Positions 1 through 13,216 of a DNA stretch of 64,000 bases are shown here, one piece after another. The translations under genes were made by a program, and so were the position numbers. The notes below the pieces were generated by a model that did no database searches, was not told the DNA's origin, and saw nothing but the letters and a program-made list of their open reading frames with translations. The first letter of the stretch is position 1, and every line of letters begins with the position of its first letter. Origin of the DNA: Malacoraja senta. Lineage: Eukaryota. The stretch lies in contig CM075988.1 of the NCBI GenBank assembly GCA_038087875.1, forward strand, positions 11,038,001-11,102,000, given 5' to 3'.

Positions 1-604
1 TGGCCTGCCAAAAACCTACAGGTAAAATATAAAATCATTGAATGCAGCAAAAGTCTTGTATCTCCCTCAAACTAATTTTACCTTTTTGAAATATTTGACT
101 TAAACTTGATTAATATTTAATCAAACATAACAGTGGAGTAAAATGATTACTTTCTGTTTGATTGCAAGGACGATTGATGGTAACGGTGAACAGAATTCAT
201 CAGGAAAGATTTAATATCAAAGTACATCTTTTTTTCCTTGGGTAACTTTACCTTTCTTGGTACAAATTGTCACTGCAGTTTGGATTGGTGCAGTGAAGGA
301 ACATCATGTACCATAATTACGTTGATTAAGGCAGATCTGTCATGCTTAAGTACGGTGATAGTTTTACTGTTTTAAGACCACAGAAAATTGCACATACAGC
401 CAATGACCGATGGTCTGTTGGGAGTTGTCAGTATCTCAGCAGAAACCGATTTGATGAACTTGCGGTGACTTTGCAGTATTAACAAAGCTGAGCTGACTCT
501 TTGAAGTGAGAAAAGGGACCAACTGAGCTCTGCATTCCGTATCCCACTAGGTCATGCATGCAACTGATAGCAACACAGAACGCTGCCCTTTACGAACTTT
601 ATAC

Positions 605-810
605 ATATTTCCTTTGGGCAGCTTATAACCCTGTGGGCTTGATTTCTCTGATTTCAAGTAACCACTGTATTCCCCCTCCGCCCCTCTCTGCCCCTCCCCC
701 CACCCTAGTAGTCCTACTAGTTCTCATCCATATAACCCTTCGTTATCACCTCTTCCACAGCCAGCTATGGACCATTGTGGGCTCTACCTTTCCTTGGTCA
801 TCGGTGCCGC
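605..810 (+). mobile_element. Penelope-like element 3' fragment (GIY-YIG ORF C-terminus plus 3' UTR)
   Basis: 605-661 translates IFPLGSL*PCGLDFSDFK*, matching the PLE endonuclease C-terminal motif IFRLGxLQPxGMN..FSxF; followed by a C-rich UTR. Confidence 0.65.
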
Positions 811-814
811 CTCT

Positions 815-908
815 GAACATGCAAACTCTGCGCAGACAGTACTGGTGATCAGGATCGAACCCAGGTCTCTGGTGCTGAGAGGCAGCAGCTCGACTAACTG
901 CTCCATTG
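815..908 (-). mobile_element. V-SINE (HE1-like) 5' fragment
   Basis: Reverse complement gives a tRNA-derived head (GGGTTCGATCC B box) and the start of the V domain. Confidence 0.75.
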
Positions 909-2258
909 GTCCTCAAGGTTGGTTGGCCATTGGCAGATGTGCCGAGATAGTTTTGTTTTATGCACTATCCATTCAAGCTATACCGTACAATCGAGGAATA
1001 CACGTTCAACAGGCAGAGCAAAGTGAAAAATAACCAGTGTAGAATGTAGTGCTGCACCATTACTGTGTTACAGAGAAAGGGAAGTTAAGAAAAACCTGCA
1101 AGGGCTGCAATAAGGTTGGTTCATGGGCAACCTTGTATGCATTCATGGTCACCATCTCCTTGTGTACCACATACTTGCTGGTCATTTCAATCTATCATCT
1201 TCACCATGTTGTTCCTAATCCTTGGTTCTCCCACAATCTTCCCACAGCAGCTTCACGCCAAAGCTCTCAGCCAATACAATGTCTGTAGATGCTTTGGTTT
1301 TGTGACTTACCAATTCAAGGAGGTGAAGAACTGCTCCCAGTCAGGTGTTTGTGCTGAAAATGGTCACCTCTCGAGTAAAGTACAGTGGTTGTACTTTCAA
1401 CATGCTGAGGTCATGATGATGGACATAATTCATATAGGTACCCTGTTACTTTATAGAGAGCAGAAATTAATTACTATAGTCTTATTTGCACTTCACTTGC
1501 TCGAAGAAGCCTTGAGAATGCAATCAATAAAGGGCGGAACAAAATTACAGTCTCCTTATTGAACTGCTTGTTGTCGATGGCATTTAGCAATTTCCGTTCC
1601 TCATTTGGATCCATAACTGTTGCCCAAAACAAGTCGGGGAGCCAATTAACACAATTCTCAATCGAATGCAACATTTAATGTTTGCATAAGCTGTGTCTTG
1701 TCGCAAGAAATATATACAGTTCATCTCTGCATCATTTAGGAATGGCTTTTAGATGAAAGCAAAACCGCCTTCGTGCTCCTTACATCTATTTCATTTAATT
1801 CAATTTTAAGAATGCTATTGTGCTTCAACTTTGAAGCAATCAGGTGCCTGGTTATCGGCAGCTCCCAGCACATTTATTTTGGCAGCGTTGCATCTTTTTT
1901 CACACTGCTCCTGTTTAACTTGGAATTGATGCTGCTTTTTTCAGTTTGCATACTCATTCCTTGGCACGGTGTGATTCATAGGGAATCCTTCATAGTTTTG
2001 GACGATTGCCTCTCAAGGAATATTTTATCTGTAAGTCCAAAAACATTGTTGATGAGGCTGATCAGATGCAACTAAAACTTTGTAACATAACTGCGGACAT
2101 GGATGGGCCTGGATTGTTAACCTGCTCAATACATTGTTTCTGTTCTTCACACTTTTTCCACACATTTCAGGTTACTATTACGTAGTCTGGGTGTTGAACC
2201 ACAGTAGTTTCTTGTCTCGGCTAACTATGTTTGGCATTGTCCTCAATTGACAGTCAAT

Positions 2259-2511
2259 TGGGTTCGATCCCCACTATGAGTGCTGTCTGTATGGAGTTTG
2301 TACGTTCTCCCCATGACCTGTGCGGGTTTTCTCTTAGATCTTCGGTTTACTCACACACTCCAAAGACGTACAGGTTTGTAGGTTAATTGGCTTGGTAAAG
2401 TTGCCCTTGTGTGTGTAAAGGATAGTGTTAATGTGCGGGGAACGTTGGTTGGCATGGACCCGGTGGGCCAAAGGGCCTGTTTCCATGCTGTATCTCTAAA
2501 CAAAACTAAAC
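2259..2511 (+). mobile_element. V-SINE (HE1-like), 5' truncated
   Basis: GGGTTCGATCC, V domain GGAGTTTGTACGTTCTCCCC, CR1-type 3' end GGGCCAAAGGGCCTGTTTCC, (CTAAA)n tail. Confidence 0.85.
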
Positions 2512-3003
2512 TGTGTTCAAACACATCAAATTTTCTAAATGCACTCTACTAGGAAGGTGAGAACAGTCACAGCAAAGTGTTGTACATGTTGACTCAATGC
2601 AGAGCTAATTCCACTAATGCCTTAGGATGAAAATGGAGCATTTGTATCGTCCCTTAGTGTACATCCATGGTGTTATTCACCCTTGTTTGCTAAATTAGTG
2701 AAACTGAGCAATTTAACATCCATTCTATGGACGATTGCAGAGCAATATTTGATCAATAATCAATAATCAATTTGCATTTTCTCTGATCGCCTGTGACATT
2801 AGGGCTGGTGTCAATCAGATGATACTGTTGACTTAATTCCATCAATGATAAAATCATTTTTTTCTCTTTGGATGAATCCTTGGATCAATTACTGCAGTGG
2901 AAGAAACTCGTTATTCAACTTTGATTACTGAAACATCACTGGAGAATTTGGATTCCACAAATCAGCAACTTTACTGATGTTGAGATTGACTTTATAAATT
3001 TTA

Positions 3004-3253
3004 TAGATACAGCGAGGACCCTTCATCCCACCATTTCTGCGCTGAAGATTTTTTTTTACTGAAGCCAGTTAACTTACAAACATGCACAACTTTGGAGTGT
3101 GGGAGGAAACCAGATCGCCCAAGGAAAACCCATGCAGGTCATGGGGAGAACGCACAGACTCTGTACAAACAGCATCTGTGGTCAGGATCGAACCCGAGTC
3201 TCTGGCGCAGTAAGGCAGCAACTCAACGTATATCTGCATCACTGTGCCGCCCT
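3004..3253 (-). mobile_element. V-SINE (HE1-like)
   Basis: Reverse-complement match to the 57883-58201 copy, with an internal deletion. Confidence 0.8.
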
Positions 3254-3456
3254 AAAATGCTGCACTAAAGTTTAATCTATGTACTGGAATACTCAATATT
3301 ACAGCTTCATTAATGATCGTGGAAGATGCATCCTATCTGCAGTGCCAGACAGAGTGAGGCAATGAGGAGAGAGATTACATTACTTTTGCAATGACTAAGT
3401 GAATGACTGAGAGAATGATAATCAAAAATAGAAATTGAGAAGATGAGAGAGAGAAG

Positions 3457-3551
3457 GTCTGGAGAAGGGTCTCGACCCAAAACATCACCCATTCCTTCTT
3501 TCAAGAGATGCTGCCTGTCCCGCTGAGTTATTCCAGCATTTTGGGTTTATC
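3457..3551 (+). mobile_element. Penelope-derived pLTR repeat with decayed hammerhead motif
   Basis: CTGGAGA-AGGGTCTCGACCC-AAAACATC followed by the family body GAGATGCTGCCTGTCCCGCTGAGTTA. Confidence 0.75.
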
Positions 3552-4421
3552 TTAAGGACAAAGGACAAAGGACATTTATTGTCACATACACCAATTGGTG
3601 TAGTGAAATTCGACTTGCCAATGCAGCACATGAATAAAGATAATACACAACATTAAAGAATTTAACAGAATTTAACAATAAACATAAAAACATCCCCCCA
3701 CAATGGTTCCCACTGTGGGGGAAGGCAGCAAAGCCCAGTCCCATCCCCAGTTCACCCATAGTCGGGGCCTATTGAGGCCTCTGCAGTCGCCGCTACGGCA
3801 TCCCGATGCCTCAGGTCCTCTCGCCGGATGATGGAGCTCTGGCGTCGGGTGAACACTCTCAGCGGCCCGGAGTGTCTGGAGCGGCCGCTTCCTCCCAGTA
3901 GACCGTGGCTCCCGAAGTCCGCGAGCCGCGCTGGTCGATGCTCCGACTTTGGCGACCTCGTCGTCAGATCCCAGGCTCCGCGGTGTTTAAAGTTCAGCGC
4001 CGCCCGCGGCTGGAAGCTCCACCGACCGCAGCTCCACGATGTTGGTGCCGGCGGTCACAGCACTCCGGAGCTTACTGCACGGCGACCCGGGTAAGGCATC
4101 GCCCGCTCCGCGATGTTGCTTCAGCGCTGTGCCGCCGCCGAAGCTGAAGTCCTGGCCGGTCCCGGCAGGAAAACGCCGCTCCAGTCTGCCCGTAGGCCGC
4201 GAGGAAGGGGCGAAGATACGGCTCGGAGAAAAACTGCATCTCCGACCAGGTAGGGACTGAGAAGAATAGTTTCCCCCTTTCCCCACCCCCCACCCCCCCC
4301 CCATAAAAAGACTAAAAGACCTCCAAACAAAACACTTTTAACTAACTAAAAATAAAAAAAGGGTGAAAAGACTAACACTAGCTGCTGGCAGGGCAGCCAT
4401 ACTCGACGGCGCCCCAGGTGG
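3552..4421 (-). mobile_element. ~870 bp GC-rich non-coding retroposon with Rex1/Babar-like 3' end
   Basis: Minus strand ends ...GTGACAATAAA followed by a short TGTCCTT-type tandem tail; 5'-truncated copies at 6079, 10014 and 18026; no credible ORF. Confidence 0.7.
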
Positions 4422-5228
4422 ACAAGACTCTTAAGTGATAAGAGTTCAAATTTTGTACTTTTCAACTGAGCTTAGTGCTGCATCTCATTTTCTCTTTGCA
4501 CGTTGTGGTCCAGTGTAATATGGTGTTAAACTTTTGTTATTTTTTAGAAATGAATAATCCCTCTGTGCTGATGATTTCATTCGATCTTGCACTCAAAATC
4601 ACAATATTATCAAATAACTGTACTCTGCCTCCCTTGAGCTTTATTGTTCTGGATTTTCATTTCCAAGTACATTGTGAGATGGTACCTCATAAAACCGACC
4701 CAGAGGCGCGTGAAACTTCAAATTGATTAATGTTTATTAGAAACTGCCAAAAACCTGCTAGGACCTACAGTATCTTTTCAGTCAGTGTAAGCACTGAGCA
4801 TGTTGTCTTACATATGATAATTGCTGTAGGTGTTGCCCTTGTGAACATCATTCCGATTTAACCTCACGTCATTGCTCTGGTCAGTAATCATGACTTACAT
4901 CATGATGTGAATGACACCTTTTCTATACAAAGCACATTTACTCAAACATTCAACAATGCAATGAAAATATATTTTTCAACCATTCCTTTCAAAGATAACA
5001 TTTGCAAACAATTCCAATTGGTTACTTAATTTTATGTCTGTAATATTTGGGATCTGCTTATGAATGATTTATTTAGTCACATCCTACAATATTTATATCT
5101 GAATTGCAACTAATTGGGAGTAAAGCTCCTTAATGGCTATATCACTCATTAATGTGCTGCAAAGTAGTTTGATTCCTGGATCTTTTGCTAATCACATTTT
5201 TTTTCCACTGGTGAATATATTTGAGCTT

Positions 5229-5726
5229 CAGATATAGCACGGAAATGGTCCCTTTGGCCCACGGAGTCTGCGGCGACCAGCGATCACCCCGTATAATAGC
5301 ACTATCTTAATTACAAGTTTACATTTTTCAGAACAAATAAAGCACTATCTTATTTACAAGTAGTCATTGCTTTCTCTTTCTTTCCCCTCCCCTTCCCAGC
5401 TCTCCCACAGCCCACTGTCTCTGCCTCTTACTTTCTTCTTCCCGTCCCCCCCTCCCCCACATCAGCTCCATAGATGCTCCCTCACCTGCTGAGTTTCTCC
5501 AGCATTTTTGTCTACCTTCGATTTTACAGCATCTGTAGTTCCTTCTTAAACCTACAAACCTGTACTTCTTTTGAATGAGGGAGGAAACCGGAGCACGCAG
5601 GGAAAACTCATGCAGTCATAGGGAGAACATACAAACTCCATACAGACGCCACTCATAGTCAGAATCGAAATTGGGTTTCTGGCACTGTACGGCAGCAACT
5701 CTACTGATGCGCCACCGTGCTGCCCC
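5229..5726 (-). mobile_element. V-SINE interrupted by a Penelope-like 3' fragment (~5355-5550)
   Basis: SINE 3' half at 5229-5340 and 5' half at 5551-5726 flank a pyrimidine-rich UTR plus the GATGCT..CTGAGTTTCTCCAGCA..GCATCTGTAGTTCCTTC body. Confidence 0.75.
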
Positions 5727-6078
5727 TTAAGACCAATGATGAATTAGCATCCCAGGAACATTCCCAGGAAAATGTTGAATAATTAATAGGCACATACTAT
5801 GCTCCATAGAGCTGACGTAACTTCTCAGCCAAACACTTAAGACTCATGGTAGAGTAAAAAGAAAAGTGAATTCTTTGAAATTTACCTGCAATTCTTTATT
5901 AGAAAATGTATTCAATAGCTTTGTTCTGTATATTTTCCAGATGTTGCCTGACCCATTGAAATACTCCAGCACCTTGTCTTTTTTTTTTAGTAAATCAGCA
6001 TCTGCATTTTCTTGTTACTTCAATAGCTTTAACATCTTATGAAAAGTTTAAAAAAAAAATATATGATATAATTTTTAC

Positions 6079-6203
6079 TACAAAGGACAAAGGACATGTA
6101 TTGTCACATACACCAATTGGTGCAGTGAAATTTGAGTTACCATGCAGCACACTGATAAGATAAACACAACACCATAGAATTCAACATTAAACATAAAAAC
6201 ATA
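6079..6203 (-). mobile_element. 5'-truncated copy of the 3552-4421 retroposon (duplicated at 10014-10138)
   Basis: AAAGGACAAAGGACA..TTGTCACATACACCAATTGGTG shared with the 3552 copy. Confidence 0.75.
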
Positions 6204-7933
6204 GCTAATCCATGCAGGAATCTTAAATAGATGCTTCACATTGTCATGTGACTGTTGGGACATAGTGTAATGTAAGTTGCATTAACTAATTGTAAATATG
6301 AAAAGGAACATTATGCAAGTATAGGGTTGGATTCGTGCCTCTTGTTGAAGCACATTCACTGAAAATGAACTTTAAATATGACGCTGGTAACAGTGTAATT
6401 TAGTTGAATTTTAAGATGGTGGCAGTAAATAGCACTAACTTAAATTCCAGTTTATTATACTTTTCCCTAGTACTTGAGGCAGCATTGAAAGTAAATGTTA
6501 ATGAAGACATAATGACCCAGATTATTCTGGGGAGTTGAGTTGTCGACATTTTATTCTTTTGGACCTTTCACATGGAACAAAACTAGGAGAACATTATGAT
6601 GGAATGTATTGGCCTATTAATTATTTTGTTCAACATTTTCTTGGGAATTTAGTGCTTTGATTCATCATTACCCTGACCAAAGCAGTTCATGTTTTTAATG
6701 TTGGTCTACAGTGAATTCAACATTGGACACATTTTTTCCTGCTATTAAAACCATTTTCAGAACATTGTCATAATAGAGAAGAAATAATGTAAGTAGTTTT
6801 TGCATGATACTGAGTTAAAAATGGTAAATCAGATGATTACTTTTAACCAAGTTTTTAGTGAAGCAGAAATTAATTGTGAACATAAAGAATAATAGTTTGC
6901 TTTCTGAGCATAACTCGCTTTCACTGAGCCCAAAACATGTTGAAGTGAAATGTTGGAAGGTCAGCTAAGTATTGCTTTTGGCTAAAAATCAATATCGATT
7001 GGAAAAAGTCTCTTTATTTACCGATTATTGATCCAATGAAAATTAGCTTCTGAGAAGTTGCTGTCTCTGTAAAACGTAGTTATCAATGGAATTTGCAGTT
7101 CAAATGAAGCTCCATTTGAAGCTCTAACGTAAAGAGTCTTCAATGATACCAGTACTTTATCTTCATTTAAAATAAAAAAGAATGAAAATTGCATTCCAAA
7201 GTGAGTTGTTTTGAGTTCCCAGCATCAAGCTGGAATCCCAACCCGAAAAGTCACCTATCCATTTTCTCCAGAGATGTTGCCTGACCCGCTACGTTACTGC
7301 TGTAGTTTGTATCTGTCTTTAGTACAAGCCAGCATCTGCACTTCCTTTTTAATACATTATATAATTTATTATATTCTTTTATTGGCTTTTTGGTTCAGTT
7401 GCTTCTTGTCAATATCCTGCTTTGCTGTCTAAATTCAATGAATGGACAGACCTATTATGATTAATTTAATTTTTCTATTTACAGATGTTGCCCATTTTGC
7501 CAAGTCTTTTCAGCCTTTTTCCATCTTTAACCAGGCTGTGACTTGGCATGTTCACAGACAAAATATGTAACCGATGTGAAAACTACCAATGTGGTTTCCC
7601 ACTCTCTATAAAATGCTTAGCATTGACTGCAATATGTAGGCTTAGGTTGAGCATTAGCCATATTTTGAATTGACACAGGATTGTGAACAGGACAGATTCC
7701 ATGACTTGTATGCATGCATCAACTTCAGAAACAGCACCATGCCTGTGAAGAATCTGGATAGTTTGATGGAGTCTTGTGAAATATCCAGGCTATTGCATAG
7801 TGGGTGCCATACATGGAAGAAAAAATATGTTCTTGCAGCAGTAAGGCAAGGCCGACCGTGAAAGCCAATTCATTGGCCTTGCTCATGCTGAAGTATCACA
7901 GATAGATATTTTAAAGCTTTAAGTTTGAATTAA

Positions 7934-8368
7934 TCATAGAGTCTCAGTTATACAGCACAGAAATGGACCTATCAGCCCAACTTGTCCTTACCAACCAAGA
8001 TGCCACACCTAAGCTGGTCCCATTTGCCTGTTCTTGCCCAATTACCTTATAAACCTTTCCTATCCAAGTACATGTCCAAATGTCTTAAATAGTATTTGCT
8101 TTAAATACCTCTATTGGCAGCTCGTTCCATATACCCATCACCCTCTGAATAAAAATCTTGCCATTCTCACCTTAAACTTATGTTCGCTTCCCCTTAATTC
8201 CCCTACTCTGGATAACAATCTATTCCCCTCATGATTTTATACACATCTATAAGATCACCCTTCAGCCTCCTGCGCACTTAGCTTGCACATCCTCTCACTA
8301 TAGCTTGGCCCCTCAAGTTCTGGCAACATCCTCGTAAAGCTTCTCTGCACCTTTTCCAGCTTAATGAC
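7934..8368 (-). mobile_element. CR1 LINE 3' fragment (duplicated at 11869-12303)
   Basis: Reverse complement matches the CR1 ORF2 end and 3' UTR seen at 59170-59652 and 62050-62575. Confidence 0.8.
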
Positions 8369-8392
8369 ATCCTAAGATTCCATGCATTATGA

Positions 8393-8690
8393 GCGGCATG
8401 GTGGAGCAACAGTAGAGTTGCTGCCTTGCAGCGCCAAAGACACTGGTTTGATTCTGGTTACGGGTGCTTGTCAGTATGGACTTGGTATGTTCTCCCTGTG
8501 ATCTGTGTGGGTTTTCTCCGAGAACTTCAGTTTCGTTCCACACTCCAAAGACGTACAGGTTTGTAGCTTAATTGGCGTGGTATAAATGTAAAAATTGTCC
8601 CTAATGTAGGATGGTGTGCGGGGATTGCTGGTCGGTGCGGACCAGGTGTTCCAAAGGGCCTGTTTCCGCACTGTATCTCTAAACTAAAGT
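8393..8690 (+). mobile_element. V-SINE (HE1-like), full length (duplicated at 12328-12625)
   Basis: tRNA head GCGGCATGGTGGAGCA, V domain, CR1-type end, CTAAA tail. Confidence 0.85.
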
Positions 8691-9281
8691 AAACATAGTG
8701 GGGGAACATGAATCAAAGTCAAGAAACCTATTGAAGATTACTTTGTGAATCTTATTGCATGTTTACAGGATACTTTTGTTCTATGTATCTCTTCAGTGCT
8801 GATAGATGGTATGCATTAACATTCATGAGGGGTGTTTGTATTGATATTAGTATACAGTTCCATGGGCTAGACTGTAAGAAACCAGGCTGGTGATAAAACA
8901 TTTCCTCATTAGTGATGTTCTGCACTGTTAGGACCAAGCATTCATCTTCCAGTGGCATGAGGTTTGTGTTTCAGTTTGCAGAAGAGGAACATATATCAGA
9001 ATTCAGTTCTCAACACACCACTTACAAATTAATAGTTCACCTGGTCACCATATTCATATTGGGGAATGCAACTTGGAGCACACATGATGAGCCTTATGCT
9101 GTAAATAGTCTAAATTCTGTACTGCTATGAAGTTGTAGCTTTGGTGCAAAGCTAATCTGTCACTATCTGATGATCGTGCCACAAAATGAGGAAGATTGTT
9201 TTTCGTATCTGTGTACTCTGCTTAATCTTGTGTGGAGGATAGAGAGGTATATGCAAACTATGGATATCATTGTGCATTGTG

Positions 9282-12200
9282 TATCTTATTTACAAGTAGT
9301 CATTGCTTTCTCTTTCTTTCCCCTCCCCTTCCCAGCTCTCCCACAGCCCACTGTCTCTGCCTCTTACTTTCTTCTTCCCGTCCCCCCCCTCCCCCACATC
9401 AGCTCCATAGATGCTCCCTCACCTGCTGAGTTTCTCCAGCACCTGTCTACCTTCGATTTTACAGCATCTGTAGTTCCTTCTTAAACCTACAAACCTGTAC
9501 TTCTTTTGAATGAGGGAGGAAACCGGAGCACGCAGGGAAAACTCATGCAGTCATAGGGAGAACATACAAACTCCATACAGACGCCACTCATAGTCAGAAT
9601 CGAAATTGGGTTTCTGGCACTGTAAGGCAGCAACTCTACTGATGCGCCACCGTGCTGCCCCTTAAGACCAATGATGAATTAGCATCCCAGGAACATTCCC
9701 AGGAAAATGTTGAATAATTAATAGGCACATACTATGCTCCATAGAGCTGACGTAACTTCTCAGCCAAACACTTAAGACTCATGGTAGAGTAAAAAGAAAA
9801 GTGAATTCTTTGAAATTTACCTGCAATTCTTTATTAGAAAATGTATTCAATAGCTTTGTTCTGTATATTTTCCAGATGTTGCCTGACCCATTGAAATACT
9901 CCAGCACCTTGTCTTTTTTTTTTAGTAAATCAGCATCTGCATTTTCTTGTTACTTCAATAGCTTTAACATCTTATGAAAAGTTTAAAAAAAAAATATATG
10001 ATATAATTTTTACTACAAAGGACAAAGGACATGTATTGTCACATACACCAATTGGTGCAGTGAAATTTGAGTTACCATGCAGCACACTGATAAGATAAAC
10101 ACAACACCATAGAATTCAACATTAAACATAAAAACATAGCTAATCCATGCAGGAATCTTAAATAGATGCTTCACATTGTCATGTGACTGTTGGGACATAG
10201 TGTAATGTAAGTTGCATTAACTAATTGTAAATATGAAAAGGAACATTATGCAAGTATAGGGTTGGATTCGTGCCTCTTGTTGAAGCACATTCACTGAAAA
10301 TGAACTTTAAATATGACGCTGGTAACAGTGTAATTTAGTTGAATTTTAAGATGGTGGCAGTAAATAGCACTAACTTAAATTCCAGTTTATTATACTTTTC
10401 CCTAGTACTTGAGGCAGCATTGAAAGTAAATGTTAATGAAGACATAATGACCCAGATTATTCTGGGGAGTTGAGTTGTCGACATTTTATTCTTTTGGACC
10501 TTTCACATGGAACAAAACTAGGAGAACATTATGATGGAATGTATTGGCCTATTAATTATTTTGTTCAACATTTTCTTGGGAATTTAGTGCTTTGATTCAT
10601 CATTACCCTGACCAAAGCAGTTCATGTTTTTAATGTTGGTCTACAGTGAATTCAACATTGGACACATTTTTTCCTGCTATTAAAACCATTTTCAGAACAT
10701 TGTCATAATAGAGAAGAAATAATGTAAGTAGTTTTTGCATGATACTGAGTTAAAAATGGTAAATCAGATGATTACTTTTAACCAAGTTTTTAGTGAAGCA
10801 GAAATTAATTGTGAACATAAAGAATAATAGTTTGCTTTCTGAGCATAACTCGCTTTCACTGAGCCCAAAACATGTTGAAGTGAAATGTTGGAAGGTCAGC
10901 TAAGTATTGCTTTTGGCTAAAAATCAATATCGATTGGAAAAAGTCTCTTTATTTACCGATTATTGATCCAATGAAAATTAGCTTCTGAGAAGTTGCTGTC
11001 TCTGTAAAACGTAGTTATCAATGGAATTTGCAGTTCAAATGAAGCTCCATTTGAAGCTCTAACGTAAAGAGTCTTCAATGATACCAGTACTTTATCTTCA
11101 TTTAAAATAAAAAAGAATGAAAATTGCATTCCAAAGTGAGTTGTTTTGAGTTCCCAGCATCAAGCTGGAATCCCAACCCGAAAAGTCACCTATCCATTTT
11201 CTCCAGAGATGTTGCCTGACCCGCTACGTTACTGCTGTAGTTTGTATCTGTCTTTAGTACAAGCCAGCATCTGCACTTCCTTTTTAATACATTATATAAT
11301 TTATTATATTCTTTTATTGGCTTTTTGGTTCAGTTGCTTCTTGTCAATATCCTGCTTTGCTGTCTAAATTCAATGAATGGACAGACCTATTATGATTAAT
11401 TTAATTTTTCTATTTACAGATGTTGCCCATTTTGCCAAGTCTTTTCAGCCTTTTTCCATCTTTAACCAGGCTGTGACTTGGCATGTTCACAGACAAAATA
11501 TGTAACCGATGTGAAAACTACCAATGTGGTTTCCCACTCTCTATAAAATGCTTAGCATTGACTGCAATATGTAGGCTTAGGTTGAGCATTAGCCATATTT
11601 TGAATTGACACAGGATTGTGAACAGGACAGATTCCATGACTTGTATGCATGCATCAACTTCAGAAACAGCACCATGCCTGTGAAGAATCTGGATAGTTTG
11701 ATGGAGTCTTGTGAAATATCCAGGCTATTGCATAGTGGGTGCCATACATGGAAGAAAAAATATGTTCTTGCAGCAGTAAGGCAAGGCCGACCGTGAAAGC
11801 CAATTCATTGGCCTTGCTCATGCTGAAGTATCACAGATAGATATTTTAAAGCTTTAAGTTTGAATTAATCATAGAGTCTCAGTTATACAGCACAGAAATG
11901 GACCTATCAGCCCAACTTGTCCTTACCAACCAAGATGCCACACCTAAGCTGGTCCCATTTGCCTGTTCTTGCCCAATTACCTTATAAACCTTTCCTATCC
12001 AAGTACATGTCCAAATGTCTTAAATAGTATTTGCTTTAAATACCTCTATTGGCAGCTCGTTCCATATACCCATCACCCTCTGAATAAAAATCTTGCCATT
12101 CTCACCTTAAACTTATGTTTGCTTCCCCTTAATTCCCCTACTCTGGATAACAATCTATTCCCCTCATGATTTTATACACATCTATAAGATCACCCTTCAG

Positions 12201-13216
12201 CCTCCTGCGCACCTAGCTTGCACATCCTCTCACTATAGCTTGGCCCCTCAAGTTCTGGCAACATCCTCGTAAAGCTTCTCTGCACCTTTTCCAGCTTAAT
12301 GACATCCTAAGATTCCATGCATTATGAGCGGCATGGTGGAGCAACAGTAGAGTTGCTGCCTTGCAGCGCCAAAGACACTGGTTTGATTCTGGTTACGGGT
12401 GCTTGTCAGTATGGACTTGGTATGTTCTCCCTGTGATCTGTGTGGGTTTTCTCCGAGAACTTCAGTTTCGTTCCACACTCCAAAGACGTACAGGTTTGTA
12501 GCTTAATTGGCGTGGTATAAATGTAAAAATTGTCCCTAGTGTAGGATGGTGTGCGGGGATTGCTGGTCGGTGCGGACCAGGTGTTCCAAAGGGCCTGTTT
12601 CCGCACTGTATCTCTAAACTAAAGTAAACATAGTGGGGGAACATGAATCAAAGTCAAGAAACCTATTGAAGATTACTTTGTGAATCTTATTGCATGTTTA
12701 CAGGATACTTTTGTTCTATGTATCTCTTCAGTGCTGATAGATGGTATGCATTAACATTCATGAGGGGTGTTTGTATTGATATTAGTATACAGTTCCATGG
12801 GCTAGACTGTAAGAAACCAGGCTGGTGATAAAACATTTCCTCATTAGTGATGTTCTGCACTGTTAGGACCAAGCATTCATCTTCCAGTGGCATGAGGTTT
12901 GTGTTTCAGTTTGCAGAAGAGGAACATATATCAGAATTCAGTTCTCAACATACCACTTACAAATTAATAGTTCACCTGGTCACCATATTCATATTGGGGA
13001 ATGCAACTTGGAGCACACATGATGAGCCTTATGCTGTAAATAGTCTAAATTCTGTACTGCTATGAAGTTGTAGCTTTGGTGCAAAGCTAATCTGTCACTA
13101 TCTGATGATCGTGCCACAAAATGAGGAAGATTGTTTTTCGTATCTGTGTACTCTGCTTAATCTTGTGTGGAGGATAGAGAGGTATATGCAAACTATGGAT
13201 ATCATTGTGCATTGTG
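9282..13216. repeat. Tandem segmental duplication, copy 2 (3935 bp)
   Basis: Junction ...TGCATTGTG|TATCTTATTT; only about 7 small differences from copy 1 seen by eye. Confidence 0.97.

Larger units (their letters stand above)
5346..9281. repeat. Tandem segmental duplication, copy 1 (3936 bp)
   Basis: Near-identical to 9282-13216; the ORF track repeats with an offset of 3935. Confidence 0.97.

Noticed and set aside
1311..1674. Minus-strand protein-like stretches (QTPDWEQFFTSLN between splice-like signals; ORF 1474-1674)
   Set aside because: No recognisable homology and no supporting partner exons
3828..4330. Overlapping ORFs on both strands
   Set aside because: GC-rich retroposon interior; no domain, and frames are not conserved in the 18026 copy
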